A DNA stretch of 64,000 nt from Chloroflexia bacterium (lineage in GTDB: Bacteria; Chloroflexota; Chloroflexia; QHBQ01; JADMIH01). The DNA is taken from assembly GCA_038203825.1 (NCBI GenBank), contig JBBRDO010000003.1, forward strand, positions 7,591-71,590, given 5' to 3'. A program made the translations under genes and the position numbers. Below are positions 9,653 to 18,736 of this stretch, piece by piece (the stretch's first letter is position 1; each line of letters opens with the position of its first letter). The notes under the pieces were generated by a model that did no database searches, was not told the DNA's origin, and saw only the letters and a program-made list of their open reading frames with translations.

Positions 9653-9997
9653 TCAGTGCGATTCCACTACTCCTGGTGGCGTAATCGGTAGCTTGTTTTC
9701 CTTCCAATCAAGCATGCCGCCTGTCATGTTGGCGATATCCAGCCCCGCCTGCCGGAGCAGGGCTGACGCATATTCACTCCTGTTCCCACTGCGGCATACG
9801 CAGACCCACTTCACACTTGCATCGAGCTCTCGCCAGCGCGTGCCCAGCTGGCTCATTGGAATAAGCACCGCGCCCTCGATGTGACCCAGGGCCCACTCCG
9901 AAGGCTCGCGTACGTCAAGTAAGTGGACTTCTCCCCTCTGAAACTGTTCGCACGTGGTTTTTGCGTCAACTTCCGGAACTCTATTAGTCGGATTCAC
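9653..9997 (-). CDS. Single-domain rhodanese (sulfurtransferase)
   Basis: 114 aa with active-site loop CRSGNRS and LLDVREP.EW. Confidence 0.85.
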   Translation of the reverse strand: MNPTNRVPEVDAKTTCEQFQRGEVHLLDVREPSEWALGHIEGAVLIPMSQLGTRWRELDASVKWVCVCRSGNRSEYASALLRQAGLDIANMTGGMLDWKENKLPITPPGVVESH

Positions 9998-10081
9998 TGG
10001 TGTGACCTCTTTCTTTGTTACTAATTCTTCAGGTCTCCCTGCAGATTCGGGAACCCATCCTGCAAGATAACCCAGCCCTGA

Positions 10082-11602
10082 TCACGGAGCGCCATTCAAA
10101 ATGTCTACTGCTTTCAATATCTGTGGGTCGTCGGCTTCCTGGTATGCGGTCCAGTCGACCTTGACCGTTACGTCTGGTATGACTCCCCGCCCCTCCAGAT
10201 TCGTTTCGTCCAGAAGCCTGAATCCTTCCTGTGCGCACCACAGACGCGACCCATCTTCCAGGTTGTACGCGTAGATCGTTTCTGTATTGCCGGCCGTCGC
10301 GACACCCACGATTTTGGCGCGCCCCTTCTCCTGAATGGAAGCTGACATTACCTCAGCATAGCTCTCAGTGCCCTGGTCTACGAGTAGCACAACGGGCACC
10401 CTGCTCAGTTTGTCGGCCAAAGGCTTACCGGCGATGGTAAGAGGATACGATGTCGTCTGGTTATAGAAAGTGCCCACCTGGCCGCTCAGAAAGTCGCCCA
10501 AAATGCTTTCAAGTATCGTGCGGAAGCCTCCACCATTCCCGCGCAAGTCTACTATCAGTCCCTTTAGGTTCGGGCTCTCCGACAGTAGATTGTTCAACTC
10601 TGCTTCTACTCGCACGTCCATATCATCTGTTGACAAGGTAGGTATGATGATGTAGCCTATCGATGGGTCTGCGGGTAAGCGGCGGCTCGATGGTATCACA
10701 GCGCCGGTCACTCTGCCTCGCACGATTGGCACAATACGCTCCGGCTGTTCGGGAGATGCCACCGTGAGGGTCACTGTAGTGCCTTCCGGTCCGCGGACGC
10801 GAGCGACCTCTTTTGCCGGATCAACGAATGGAGTACCGTCTATAGCCGTGATGCGGTCACGTCTCTTGATTCCGGCTTTCTCCGCTGGGCTGTTCGGGAA
10901 TACATAAACGACACCCACTGATTTATCGTTCGGGCTTGAGAGGATGCCAATGCCCACGTAGTCCGCGTTCCCGCTTTCTAACGCTTCTTCCTCTTTGGCC
11001 CTGGTCGGCGACTCGTACCTCGAATGGCCGTCACCAAGCGAATCAACCATCGCGAAAAGGAGATTGTAGAACTCGTCGGACGACTTCGCATTTCGGACTA
11101 GCGGCTGATACTTGACCTTGAGCGCGTTCCAATCAGCGCCGTGAAAGTCCGGATAGAGATAATTCTGGTCGACCGTATCCCAGACCTCGTTGAATATGCG
11201 CTCGCGCTCCGACAGCGCTAAGACGGTAACAGTGGGGCTGACAGTGCCGTGCTCTACTACCTGTTCGGTCGGTTGGCCGGTCGCTTGCGGAGTTGATTCA
11301 TTTTGTGGTATCACCGTTGGTGCCGAGGTCGACGACGATCGTGATACGGCTGAGGACTCGGCGGTCATCGAAGGTGGAACCACGACAGTCGCCGAAGACG
11401 CACCTGACCGTGCGGGAGTGACAGTTGAGGAGGGCGTCGCCGCAGGTATTACGTACGCAACAGCTGTGGCGGTCGGGGCTGCTGTGCTTGTCTGTATGCC
11501 GAGTGCTGGTATGCCCGCGGCATTGCACCCAGCAAGCGCGAGAACACAACAGAGCACTGCTGCGCAAACGATCGTCGATCTCCAATTCCGAATCTTCTGC
11601 AT
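10082..11602 (-). CDS. S41 family C-terminal processing peptidase (lipoprotein, PDZ domain)
   Basis: LIVDLRGNGGG and S41 core motifs, PDZ (GIGI...V.V..V...SPAEKAGI), lipobox LALAGC. ATG 11602 gives a canonical signal peptide. Confidence 0.85.
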   Translation of the reverse strand: MQKIRNWRSTIVCAAVLCCVLALAGCNAAGIPALGIQTSTAAPTATAVAYVIPAATPSSTVTPARSGASSATVVVPPSMTAESSAVSRSSSTSAPTVIPQNESTPQATGQPTEQVVEHGTVSPTVTVLALSERERIFNEVWDTVDQNYLYPDFHGADWNALKVKYQPLVRNAKSSDEFYNLLFAMVDSLGDGHSRYESPTRAKEEEALESGNADYVGIGILSSPNDKSVGVVYVFPNSPAEKAGIKRRDRITAIDGTPFVDPAKEVARVRGPEGTTVTLTVASPEQPERIVPIVRGRVTGAVIPSSRRLPADPSIGYIIIPTLSTDDMDVRVEAELNNLLSESPNLKGLIVDLRGNGGGFRTILESILGDFLSGQVGTFYNQTTSYPLTIAGKPLADKLSRVPVVLLVDQGTESYAEVMSASIQEKGRAKIVGVATAGNTETIYAYNLEDGSRLWCAQEGFRLLDETNLEGRGVIPDVTVKVDWTAYQEADDPQILKAVDILNGAP

Positions 11603-11696
11603 GTTCCTACATTTCTCTTTTGGGTCGGCAGCGCTTTGTTTCAGATTGCCTGATAGCGGTCCCATGTTCGCAATTGAGGTAAGGCGGTCGATGCGA

Positions 11697-12959
11697 TTAC
11701 TTCAAAACAGCCCATGAGGTGCCGTAGTCATCCCCCTCGCCCGTAGAGATAATTCGCCTATCGCTGCCGTCATCGTTTGCTGCAACTATCTTGTGCAATT
11801 GCTTGTCCGCTGAACTGGCCCAGGCGATCTGTTTGCCATCGGGCGACCAGACAGGATAGTAGTCTCCGCTGCCAGCGGCAGTTATGCTGGTATCGCTTCC
11901 ATCAGCCACTTTGACTGTATGAACAGCTTCCCCTTTTTCGCTGATGTTATAGAACAAGACCATATCACCCGATGGAGAAAACGACGGCCCTGAAATGGCG
12001 CCGCCTTCAAACAAGGTGCGAAGATTGGTACCGTCCGTGTCCATCAGCAGTATCTTGTAGTCGCGCTCGCCCAGGACTTGAAGGCAAATTAGATGAGCGC
12101 CATCAGGCGACCAAACAGGAGTGATGAGGCTACCGCCGCTGTTCGTGATCTGCTTTGGCGTCCCTCCTGAGGCAGGCACCACGAATATCTCTCGTTGAGC
12201 TCCGCTCACTTGCTGTGCCCCGCCTGCATATGAAATATACTTGCCGTCCGGTGACCAGGAAGGTTGTCCGGCAAAGCCGTTGCCATCCGATACGCGCACC
12301 TTGTTGTTCCCGTCAGCGTCCATCAAGAATATTTGAGACAAGGGGCCGTCACGCTTCGACTGGAAGGCAACCTGCTTGCCGTCCGGCGACCACGCGGGAA
12401 ATGCGCTGTCTGCCTTAATGTCGGCGCTGAGCATCACCTGCTCCGCTGACTTATTGTCGTCACCAACTTTGAAGAGTGCTATGGTCGAGACGTTGTTCAC
12501 GCTGACCTGGGCTATAATGCGACGCCCATCCGGTGACCATGCCGCTGTTCCCTCAATCACAACTCCTTTAGTAAGCTGATTTTGTCCGGAGCCGTCCGCG
12601 TTGACCACGAAGATATCCCGGCTCTTCTGGTCCGCAGAACGGCGAATGAAACTAATGCGTCCCTGGGTTCGTGCTACCTGGTTTGTGACGGTCCCGGCGT
12701 TGGGTGTTGCCCCGGGAAAGAAGTTCCCGACGACGCCTGGCGCGAAGATGAGGAAAACCACGAAGGCGACGACGAGAAGCCCAAGGATGACAGTCCCGCC
12801 TACCAGCAATGGCATGCGTGCTGATGCCGGTGTGGCCACGGTGGATACGTCACCGGAGTCGCCTGGCGCAGCAAATCTTGCGTGTTCTGTTGTTGCTGTC
12901 TTTGTTCTGGTCGCTCGATTACTGTTAGAGCGTTGATTACGTGGCTTGCCTGAAGACAT
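11697..12959 (-). CDS. TolB-like PD40/WD40 beta-propeller protein with N-terminal TM anchor
   Basis: Repeated WSPDG(K/R/A) PD40 motifs (at least 6), a basic N-terminus and a TM helix. Start uncertain (ATG 12959 or GTG 13022). Confidence 0.75.
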   Translation of the reverse strand: MSSGKPRNQRSNSNRATRTKTATTEHARFAAPGDSGDVSTVATPASARMPLLVGGTVILGLLVVAFVVFLIFAPGVVGNFFPGATPNAGTVTNQVARTQGRISFIRRSADQKSRDIFVVNADGSGQNQLTKGVVIEGTAAWSPDGRRIIAQVSVNNVSTIALFKVGDDNKSAEQVMLSADIKADSAFPAWSPDGKQVAFQSKRDGPLSQIFLMDADGNNKVRVSDGNGFAGQPSWSPDGKYISYAGGAQQVSGAQREIFVVPASGGTPKQITNSGGSLITPVWSPDGAHLICLQVLGERDYKILLMDTDGTNLRTLFEGGAISGPSFSPSGDMVLFYNISEKGEAVHTVKVADGSDTSITAAGSGDYYPVWSPDGKQIAWASSADKQLHKIVAANDDGSDRRIISTGEGDDYGTSWAVLK

Positions 12960-13091
12960 GCAGAAGTGGGCCCTTTCCGGGGTGACGTCAACTGCGCGAC
13001 GTGGTGTTAGGCAGCCGCGCACGCGAATGGTGTACCAAGGAGTCCATTATACAATGCCAGGCAGTCGGACGTAAAATCCTGGAATCGCGCT

Positions 13092-13538
13092 CTAGTCGGC
13101 GTACAGGTCGACCGCGTCCACAATAAGCTCAATGTCGAATGGCTTTGTGAGGATTGCCTTGGCACCTGTCTTACGCTCAAGCGACGACATGTCATACACG
13201 GCGGTCATGACAACGACCGGTATGTTCGTCCACTCTTCGTTGGCCCTCAGGCGCTCTATAAACTGCCAGCCGTCCATAACAGGCATCATCATATCGAGTA
13301 GAATAAGCTGCGGTCGCCGTTCTTTTATTCGGCTGAGCGCTTCCAAACCGTTGCCTGCCGTGCGGGCGGTGTGACCTTCAGTTTCCAGCACGTCCCTGAG
13401 CAGATCGGATAGGTCTTGCTCGTCCTCAACGATCAAGATATCTTTGTCAACCGATTCATGGCTTTGCAGTGAGTACATATCGTCGAATGTGTTTTCTGGT
13501 GGATAATAAGTAAAAGGCGCGCTGTGAGCACTATTCAT
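13092..13538 (-). CDS. Stand-alone response regulator receiver (CheY-like)
   Basis: ILIVEDE, LILLDMMMPVMDG (phospho-acceptor Asp), VVVMTA, KPF. Confidence 0.85.
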   Translation of the reverse strand: MNSAHSAPFTYYPPENTFDDMYSLQSHESVDKDILIVEDEQDLSDLLRDVLETEGHTARTAGNGLEALSRIKERRPQLILLDMMMPVMDGWQFIERLRANEEWTNIPVVVMTAVYDMSSLERKTGAKAILTKPFDIELIVDAVDLYAD

Positions 13539-13573
13539 GACACATGTCTCGATTCAGGAGGAACGCAATTCTA

Positions 13574-13957
13574 TCAGGCTATTTCGGACTTCCCGTCTGA
13601 GGCCCGCCAAAGGGTGACAGACACGTTCCCTGTCACGCTGCCCCCCAGTGGAGGATTAAGTTTGGTAACTGTTACACTAACGTTGCGAATGCGCGTGTCC
13701 TGCGCGGTTATTCGGTCGACTAGCCTCCCGGCGAGGTGTTCAAGCAACTTACTGGGCACTCCCTCGACTTCACTTCGGATTACTTTGAAGATGGCCGAGT
13801 AGCTAACTGTATCCTCGATCCGGTCGGAAGCTGCTGCCTTGGTCAAATCGAGCCAAAACGTCACATCCACACCAAACCGCTGCCCCAAACTCGCCTCTTC
13901 GGGGTTGACGCCATGCCTGCCGAAGAAGGTGAGGCCCCGCAGGGATATTTCGTCCAT
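13574..13957 (-). CDS. folB: Dihydroneopterin aldolase
   Basis: 127 aa; L.GL.FFGRHGV.PEE..LGQRF.VD and TV.Y match FolB. Confidence 0.85.
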   Translation of the reverse strand: MDEISLRGLTFFGRHGVNPEEASLGQRFGVDVTFWLDLTKAAASDRIEDTVSYSAIFKVIRSEVEGVPSKLLEHLAGRLVDRITAQDTRIRNVSVTVTKLNPPLGGSVTGNVSVTLWRASDGKSEIA

Positions 13958-14121
13958 GCGCGGATTGTACTCCCCTTGACGGCACTTTGCAAGCGTGCTA
14001 ATCTCTAGATGTCGGAAAGCGCGTACTTTCCGGCACTGTTTTTGCTAGAGGCCGAGGCATGGGCCGACCGCGGTGAAGGCACTGATGCTTCCAGGACAAA
14101 AGATAGAGAGGTTCTTCACGT

Positions 14122-14931
14122 ATGTCAGATCAAAAATCAGCAATCACAAATAGTCCGTCATCAATCATAAATGCTGCTTCGGGCCTTGTCCGCATCTCGG
14201 CGCCCGGCCCCGCCGACGCCGACCTTGCACCCGAACAGAAACGCGTTCTCTTAGTCGCAGCACATCCTGATGATCCCGAGTTCTCGTCTGCCGGCACCGT
14301 TGCCTGCTGGATCAGCAAGGGGTTCGAGGTCGTCTACGTACTGGTTACCAGCGGAGATAAAGGCACGCCCGATCATGAGATGACCCGCGAGCGCCTGAGT
14401 TCCCGGCGCGAGCAGGAGCAACTGGCGGCCGCGGCAAAGGCGGGGGTTACCAATGTGCAATTCCTGCGTTTCCCCGACGGCGAGCTAACGCCGGGCCTCG
14501 AATTGCGCGGCGCTATCACGCGGATGATTCGTACTTTCAAGCCCTATGCAGTTATCACGCACGACCCGCTGGCACTTTTCATCAATAACGAGTTTATCAA
14601 CCACCCCGATCACCGGGCGGTCGGCCTCTCCACCGTTGACGCGATCTACCCAACGGCTCGCGATCCGCTGCAGTTTAACGAGCAAATTCGCGGAGGCCTG
14701 GAGCCGCACAAGGTAAAGGAACTTTACCTGTGGGGCAGCGAATATCCCAACGTGATAGTCGACATAAGTGAGACAATCGAAAGCAAGATCGAGGCGCTAC
14801 GGTGCCATGTCAGCCAAATTGGGAATCCCGATGAGCTTGAAGAACGGATCAAGACACGCACGGCGCAGACGGGAGAACCCCACGGCCTGAAGTATGCCGA
14901 GGTGTTTAGACGCGTCGTGATGCGGATCTAG
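14122..14931 (+). CDS. PIG-L/LmbE family deacetylase
   Basis: VAAHPDDPEF, VTSGDKG and HPDH metal-binding motifs. Confidence 0.8.
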   Translation: MSDQKSAITNSPSSIINAASGLVRISAPGPADADLAPEQKRVLLVAAHPDDPEFSSAGTVACWISKGFEVVYVLVTSGDKGTPDHEMTRERLSSRREQEQLAAAAKAGVTNVQFLRFPDGELTPGLELRGAITRMIRTFKPYAVITHDPLALFINNEFINHPDHRAVGLSTVDAIYPTARDPLQFNEQIRGGLEPHKVKELYLWGSEYPNVIVDISETIESKIEALRCHVSQIGNPDELEERIKTRTAQTGEPHGLKYAEVFRRVVMRI

Positions 14932-14937
14932 CCCAAT

Positions 14938-15630
14938 ATGACGACTATCGTATTCGTCCGGCATGCCGATGTGCACAATCCGGGAGATATCTTATACGGG
15001 CGTCTGCCTCGCTTCGGACTGAGCAAACTTGGTCTGAAACAGGCGGCTGTGACGGCCGCTGTTTTGGCTCCAATGGAGGTGACAGCATTGTACACGTCTC
15101 CTATGTTGAGGGCGCGGCAGACTACAAAGATCATCGCCGATCAACACCCGGGCGCGCCTGTACGCAATACGCGACTCCTGACCGAGGTATTGACCGGTTG
15201 GCAAGGGCGACCCCATAGCGATCTGGACGAAATTGGCTTCAACTTCTACGATAAACGTCTGCGTCCCGAGGACGAGCGCCTCCAGGATGTCTGGCAGCGC
15301 ATCCAGCGGTTTGTTCAAAGAGTGCGTCACCGGTATCCGGTGGCCACGATCGTAGCGGTTACGCATGGCGACGTGGTTGCGCTTGCACGCGCCGGGTACC
15401 TCGGTCTGCCTATCGAAATCGGATCCATTCGCCTGCCCCATCCATACCCAGGTAAGGGAGGCCTGCTGCGCCTGAAGTTCGGCCGTGCTGAAGAGACATA
15501 TCCCTTTAGCGTGGAGTACTACGACCCCAATGGCGAAGACCCACGCTGGTCCGCGGTTTGGGTAGCGTTGAGACCCGACTATCTGGTAGATAGCGGCGAA
15601 CATGCCGCCGGGGATGAATTTCTGCCGTGA
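14938..15630 (+). CDS. Histidine phosphatase family protein (PGAM-like)
   Basis: FVRHA start motif (RHG-type), RARQT, THGDV. Lies 6 nt after the PIG-L gene. Confidence 0.8.
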   Translation: MTTIVFVRHADVHNPGDILYGRLPRFGLSKLGLKQAAVTAAVLAPMEVTALYTSPMLRARQTTKIIADQHPGAPVRNTRLLTEVLTGWQGRPHSDLDEIGFNFYDKRLRPEDERLQDVWQRIQRFVQRVRHRYPVATIVAVTHGDVVALARAGYLGLPIEIGSIRLPHPYPGKGGLLRLKFGRAEETYPFSVEYYDPNGEDPRWSAVWVALRPDYLVDSGEHAAGDEFLP

Positions 15631-15793
15631 TTGCTCCCGTGTTCGTTTATTGTTTGTACTTGCCGCAGGTCCCCTGAGCTGCGGGGAGGGTTGAGGATTC
15701 CTGAAACCCGGATGGTTCCCGCTTTGATCAGGCACTATTAGTAAGCAGATAGCCCATTGTTGCCATGGATGGGTTAACTTTGGGGATAACAGG

Positions 15794-15822
15794 TTGACTC
15801 GACTCCCCGAGCGGGTTATAAT
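15794..15822 (+). promoter_or_regulatory. Near-consensus sigma70-type promoter (TTGACT-17 nt-TATAAT) inside a 442-nt intergenic gap
   Basis: TTGACT at 15794-15799, TATAAT at 15817-15822, 17-nt spacer. Confidence 0.5.
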
Positions 15823-15923
15823 GGGCCAACGATAGCTCCGACAGCCAGGGGGTGGCGCTTATGGACAGGATCTTAATAGAGGTCACGCGATTATTTCGCG
15901 GTTTGATCACCTCATGTGTTTGA

Positions 15924-15964
15924 AACACCGGACAAGAGTGCGACTCTTGCCGGTGTTCGTGTTT
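15924..15964 (+). terminator. Intrinsic terminator/attenuator hairpin in the leader upstream of the SWIM gene
   Basis: AACACCGG(A)CAAGAG-TGCGA-CTCTTGCCGGTGTT (14 bp, one bulge), then CGTGTTTAT. It directly follows the TGA (15921-15923) of a 20-codon uORF. Confidence 0.5.
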
Positions 15965-16072
15965 ATGTGGCCCCTGGCGGAGCGCAGTTACGCGGAACAA
16001 GCGGGAAATAGCAGTCTCGGGCACAAGCAGATTGCTTAGTGGACAACTTCTATTCACGACGGAGGTTCCTCA

Positions 16073-16339
16073 ATGAACTCAAGTATTATCGGTAAAATCG
16101 AGAAAGCGCAGCGCTATGAGCACGAACCTGAAAGAGTAAGTATCACAAGCATGGAAGCAACGTTCCACGGCGAACACAGCGACTATAAAGTCAGCCTTGC
16201 GGAGAATCACTGGAAGTGCAATTGCAGCACCTACAGTGCGTATGGAACATGCAGCCACGCAATGGCACTTCAGCGAATCTTATCCAAAATGCTCACCATG
16301 GAAAGCAGGAGTGAATCCCCGGTTCAGCACGAGAAATAG
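16073..16339 (+). CDS. Small SWIM zinc-finger protein (88 aa)
   Basis: CNC-x8-CSH matches the SWIM CxCxnCxH signature. GGAGG SD lies 7 nt before the ATG. Confidence 0.65.
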   Translation: MNSSIIGKIEKAQRYEHEPERVSITSMEATFHGEHSDYKVSLAENHWKCNCSTYSAYGTCSHAMALQRILSKMLTMESRSESPVQHEK

Positions 16340-16410
16340 GAAATCGCTCGTGGTTCGGGGTCGATGGCCTCGCACAGACTGATTTTGCCGATGTCACCAG
16401 TCCTTTATAA

Positions 16411-16447
16411 AGAGGGCCTCCCCACCTGGGGAGGCCCTCTTTGCTTA
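16411..16447. terminator. Bidirectional terminator between convergent genes
   Basis: Perfect 13-bp stem AGAGGGCCTCCCC-ACCT-GGGGAGGCCCTCT, followed by TTTGCTT on + and TTTATAAA on -. Confidence 0.7.
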
Positions 16448-16471
16448 TGCAACGGCTAACTTGTTTGCCGA

Positions 16472-16852
16472 CTAGATCGTGGCCCGATCGCCAAGTGCTA
16501 GCAGAGCCCTGTCAACCCTCGCTAAAGTTTCCTGCTTGCCCAGGGTCTGCATTATCTCAAGGAGGCCGGGCGAAGCCAGTTGACCGGCAAGGGCCACCCT
16601 CAAGGGCCGAAACAAATCCTCCGACTTGAAGTTGTTCTCAGCCGCAATTAACCGTAGCCCACGGTCCATCTCCTTGCCGCTATTTGAGTGACTCTGCTCG
16701 GGCTGCGCGTGTAAGAAGTCGCGTGCTGCCCCAAGAAGGCGACGAACTTCTGTAGCGGTGATCTGGTTTCCAACCAACAGCGCGAGATCATAAACCGGGT
16801 TCTTCATGTACACATTATGGCGTGTGCGGCCGATAGCGTCCACCCATCTCAC
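16472..16852 (-). CDS. Stand-alone glutamyl-tRNA synthetase C-terminal (anticodon-binding subdomain)-like protein
   Basis: LFRPLRVALAGQLASPGLLEIMQTLGKQETLARVDRAL mirrors the conserved extreme C-terminus of GluRS. No catalytic domain lies upstream (only 56 nt to the divergent pncC). Start uncertain (GTG 16852 or ATG 16807). Confidence 0.55.
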   Translation of the reverse strand: MRWVDAIGRTRHNVYMKNPVYDLALLVGNQITATEVRRLLGAARDFLHAQPEQSHSNSGKEMDRGLRLIAAENNFKSEDLFRPLRVALAGQLASPGLLEIMQTLGKQETLARVDRALLALGDRATI

Positions 16853-16908
16853 TCGGCCCGCTCAGTGTGGTATACTGATACGAATACCCTCTTCATGGAC
16901 GGGAGCGA

Positions 16909-17409
16909 ATGGCACGCGAGGTGCAAGATAAATCGGTTCGTCTCTTGGGCGAATTGCTAGCAAAAAGAGGTTTCCATCTGGGCTTGGCCGAATCCTGCAC
17001 TGGTGGCATGTTAGGCGAACGAATTACCGCCGCGTCCGGTGCGTCTGGCTACTTTCTTGGCGGCGTAATATCATACGACGATAAGGTAAAAGCAAGTGTG
17101 TTAGGTGTGCCGCCTGATGTGATAGTCGCGAAGGGTGCTGTCAGCGCAGAGTGCGCCTTGGCAATGGCTCGTGGAGTGCGGCAACTGCTTTCAGCAGAAG
17201 TTGCTGTATCTATTACGGGGGTGGCGGGGCCAAGCGGCGGTACCGATGTCAAGCCTGTGGGTACGACCTTCATTGCTGTAGTCACGCCGCAGCGCGAGCG
17301 AGTAGAGCAATACACGTGGGCCGGTTCACGGCAAGAGAATAGGCGGAAATCGGTCGATGCCGCCCTAGAGTTACTCATCAATTCATTGGTTGGAGAGAAT
17401 AACGATTGA
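16909..17409 (+). CDS. pncC: CinA C-terminal domain / nicotinamide-nucleotide amidohydrolase
   Basis: LGLAESCTGGMLG, GGVISY, ITGVAGP motifs. Confidence 0.85.
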   Translation: MAREVQDKSVRLLGELLAKRGFHLGLAESCTGGMLGERITAASGASGYFLGGVISYDDKVKASVLGVPPDVIVAKGAVSAECALAMARGVRQLLSAEVAVSITGVAGPSGGTDVKPVGTTFIAVVTPQRERVEQYTWAGSRQENRRKSVDAALELLINSLVGENND

Positions 17410-18722
17410 AAGTTGCAAAAGTGCTTAGCACAGGCACAGATCAGAGTAACTACGAAAAGACTACACTGTCCAACGGCATCCGCGTTATAACAGCTACGAT
17501 GCCCCATACGCGCTCAGCCGCCGTGCATTTCTACATCGGTGCTGGCGCACGTCGCGAGCCACCAAAAGTGGCAGGTGTCAGCCACTTCGTCGAACACATG
17601 GTCTTCAAGGGCACGCGCAGGCGGCCCAATCCGGCACAAATCTCCGAGGATATCGAAGGCGTTGGCGGCAACCTTAATGCGGCCACTGATCACGAGCAAA
17701 CTAATTACCGGGCTCTCGTGCCCTACAACTACCTGCATACAGCCGTTGACGTGCTATCGGACATGCTACGCGGTTCCGCGTTCCTACCTGAAGAGGTCGC
17801 TAAAGAGCGTGACGTTATTCTTGAAGAGATCGACTCAACTTTTGATTCTCCCGGGGATATCGCTGACCTCGAGTTTGATGCCCTGCTTTGGCCGCGTCAC
17901 CCGCTCGGTCGAGATGTGGCTGGCAGCAAAGCCAGCGTCAAGCGCATAACCAGGGACGATCTTGTGTCACATATCGAGAATGCGTACCAACCTGACCGAA
18001 TTGTGGTCAGCGTGGCTGGCAACGTGGCACACGACGATGTGGTTGAACAGGTGGCGACTCGCTGGACTGACATGCCCCATTCCCGCAATGGCAAGTACCA
18101 TGAGGACGTCTCTCCAAGTGTGGAAAGCGGCCCCAAGGTCAAGTTCTACAAAAAGCGTACAGAGCAAGTAAACCTGCTGGTTGGCGTGCCAGCGCTTCCC
18201 TACACTCACTCTGGCCGCTTCGTGCAGGACGTACTGGACTCTATTCTGGGCGCCGGGATGTCGTCCCGCCTGTTCGTCGAAATTCGAGAAAACCGCGGAC
18301 TCGCTTACAGCGTATCCAGCTTCGTCAAGACGTACGCCGATGTCGGCGCCTTCGGTGTACATGCCGCTGTGGATAACGCACGCGTCGATGAGACAATAAG
18401 CGCCATAATGGACGAGCTCGGCCGGATCAAACTCGAGCCCGTATCTGAGATTGAGCTTCGTAAAGTAAAAGAGTATATCAAAGGCAATACATTGCTTAGC
18501 CTCGAGCGAAGTAGCTACGTCGCGCATTGGGGTGGCTGGCAGGAGCTGCAACTGGGGCGTATTGAGCCAATGGACGAAGTGCTCGACAAGATCGAAGCTG
18601 TAACCGCAGAGCAGGTTCAGGCGCTCGCCAATGAGCTCTTCAAAAGTGAACGTTTGCATCTGGCCCTGGTTGGTCCCGCAAGGGACGCGAGCGTCTTGCC
18701 AGGTTTGCTGGTAGTTAATTGA
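17406..18722 (+). CDS. M16 family (pitrilysin/insulinase-like) zinc peptidase
   Basis: HFVEHMVFKG (HxxEH) zinc motif. TTG start overlaps the pncC stop by 4 nt. Confidence 0.85.
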   Translation: MKVAKVLSTGTDQSNYEKTTLSNGIRVITATMPHTRSAAVHFYIGAGARREPPKVAGVSHFVEHMVFKGTRRRPNPAQISEDIEGVGGNLNAATDHEQTNYRALVPYNYLHTAVDVLSDMLRGSAFLPEEVAKERDVILEEIDSTFDSPGDIADLEFDALLWPRHPLGRDVAGSKASVKRITRDDLVSHIENAYQPDRIVVSVAGNVAHDDVVEQVATRWTDMPHSRNGKYHEDVSPSVESGPKVKFYKKRTEQVNLLVGVPALPYTHSGRFVQDVLDSILGAGMSSRLFVEIRENRGLAYSVSSFVKTYADVGAFGVHAAVDNARVDETISAIMDELGRIKLEPVSEIELRKVKEYIKGNTLLSLERSSYVAHWGGWQELQLGRIEPMDEVLDKIEAVTAEQVQALANELFKSERLHLALVGPARDASVLPGLLVVN

Positions 18723-18736
18723 GCGAGGGACTGAAC

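Noticed and set aside
14013-14045. Hairpin CGGAAAG-CGCGTA-CTTTCCG plus a TTTTT run upstream of the PIG-L gene as an attenuator.
   Set aside because: The stem is only 7 bp, and the T-run is separated from it by 6 nt. It sits at the predicted 5' end of the mRNA, so it is more likely a simple 5' stem-loop.
14992-15735. 247-aa minus-strand ORF.
   Set aside because: It is antisense to the histidine phosphatase gene, with low-complexity shadow-frame composition.
15728-16057. 109-aa minus-strand ORF filling the 15.6-16.1 kb gap.
   Set aside because: It has no RBS or motifs, and its composition looks random. The region is better explained by the + strand promoter, uORF and terminator arrangement.
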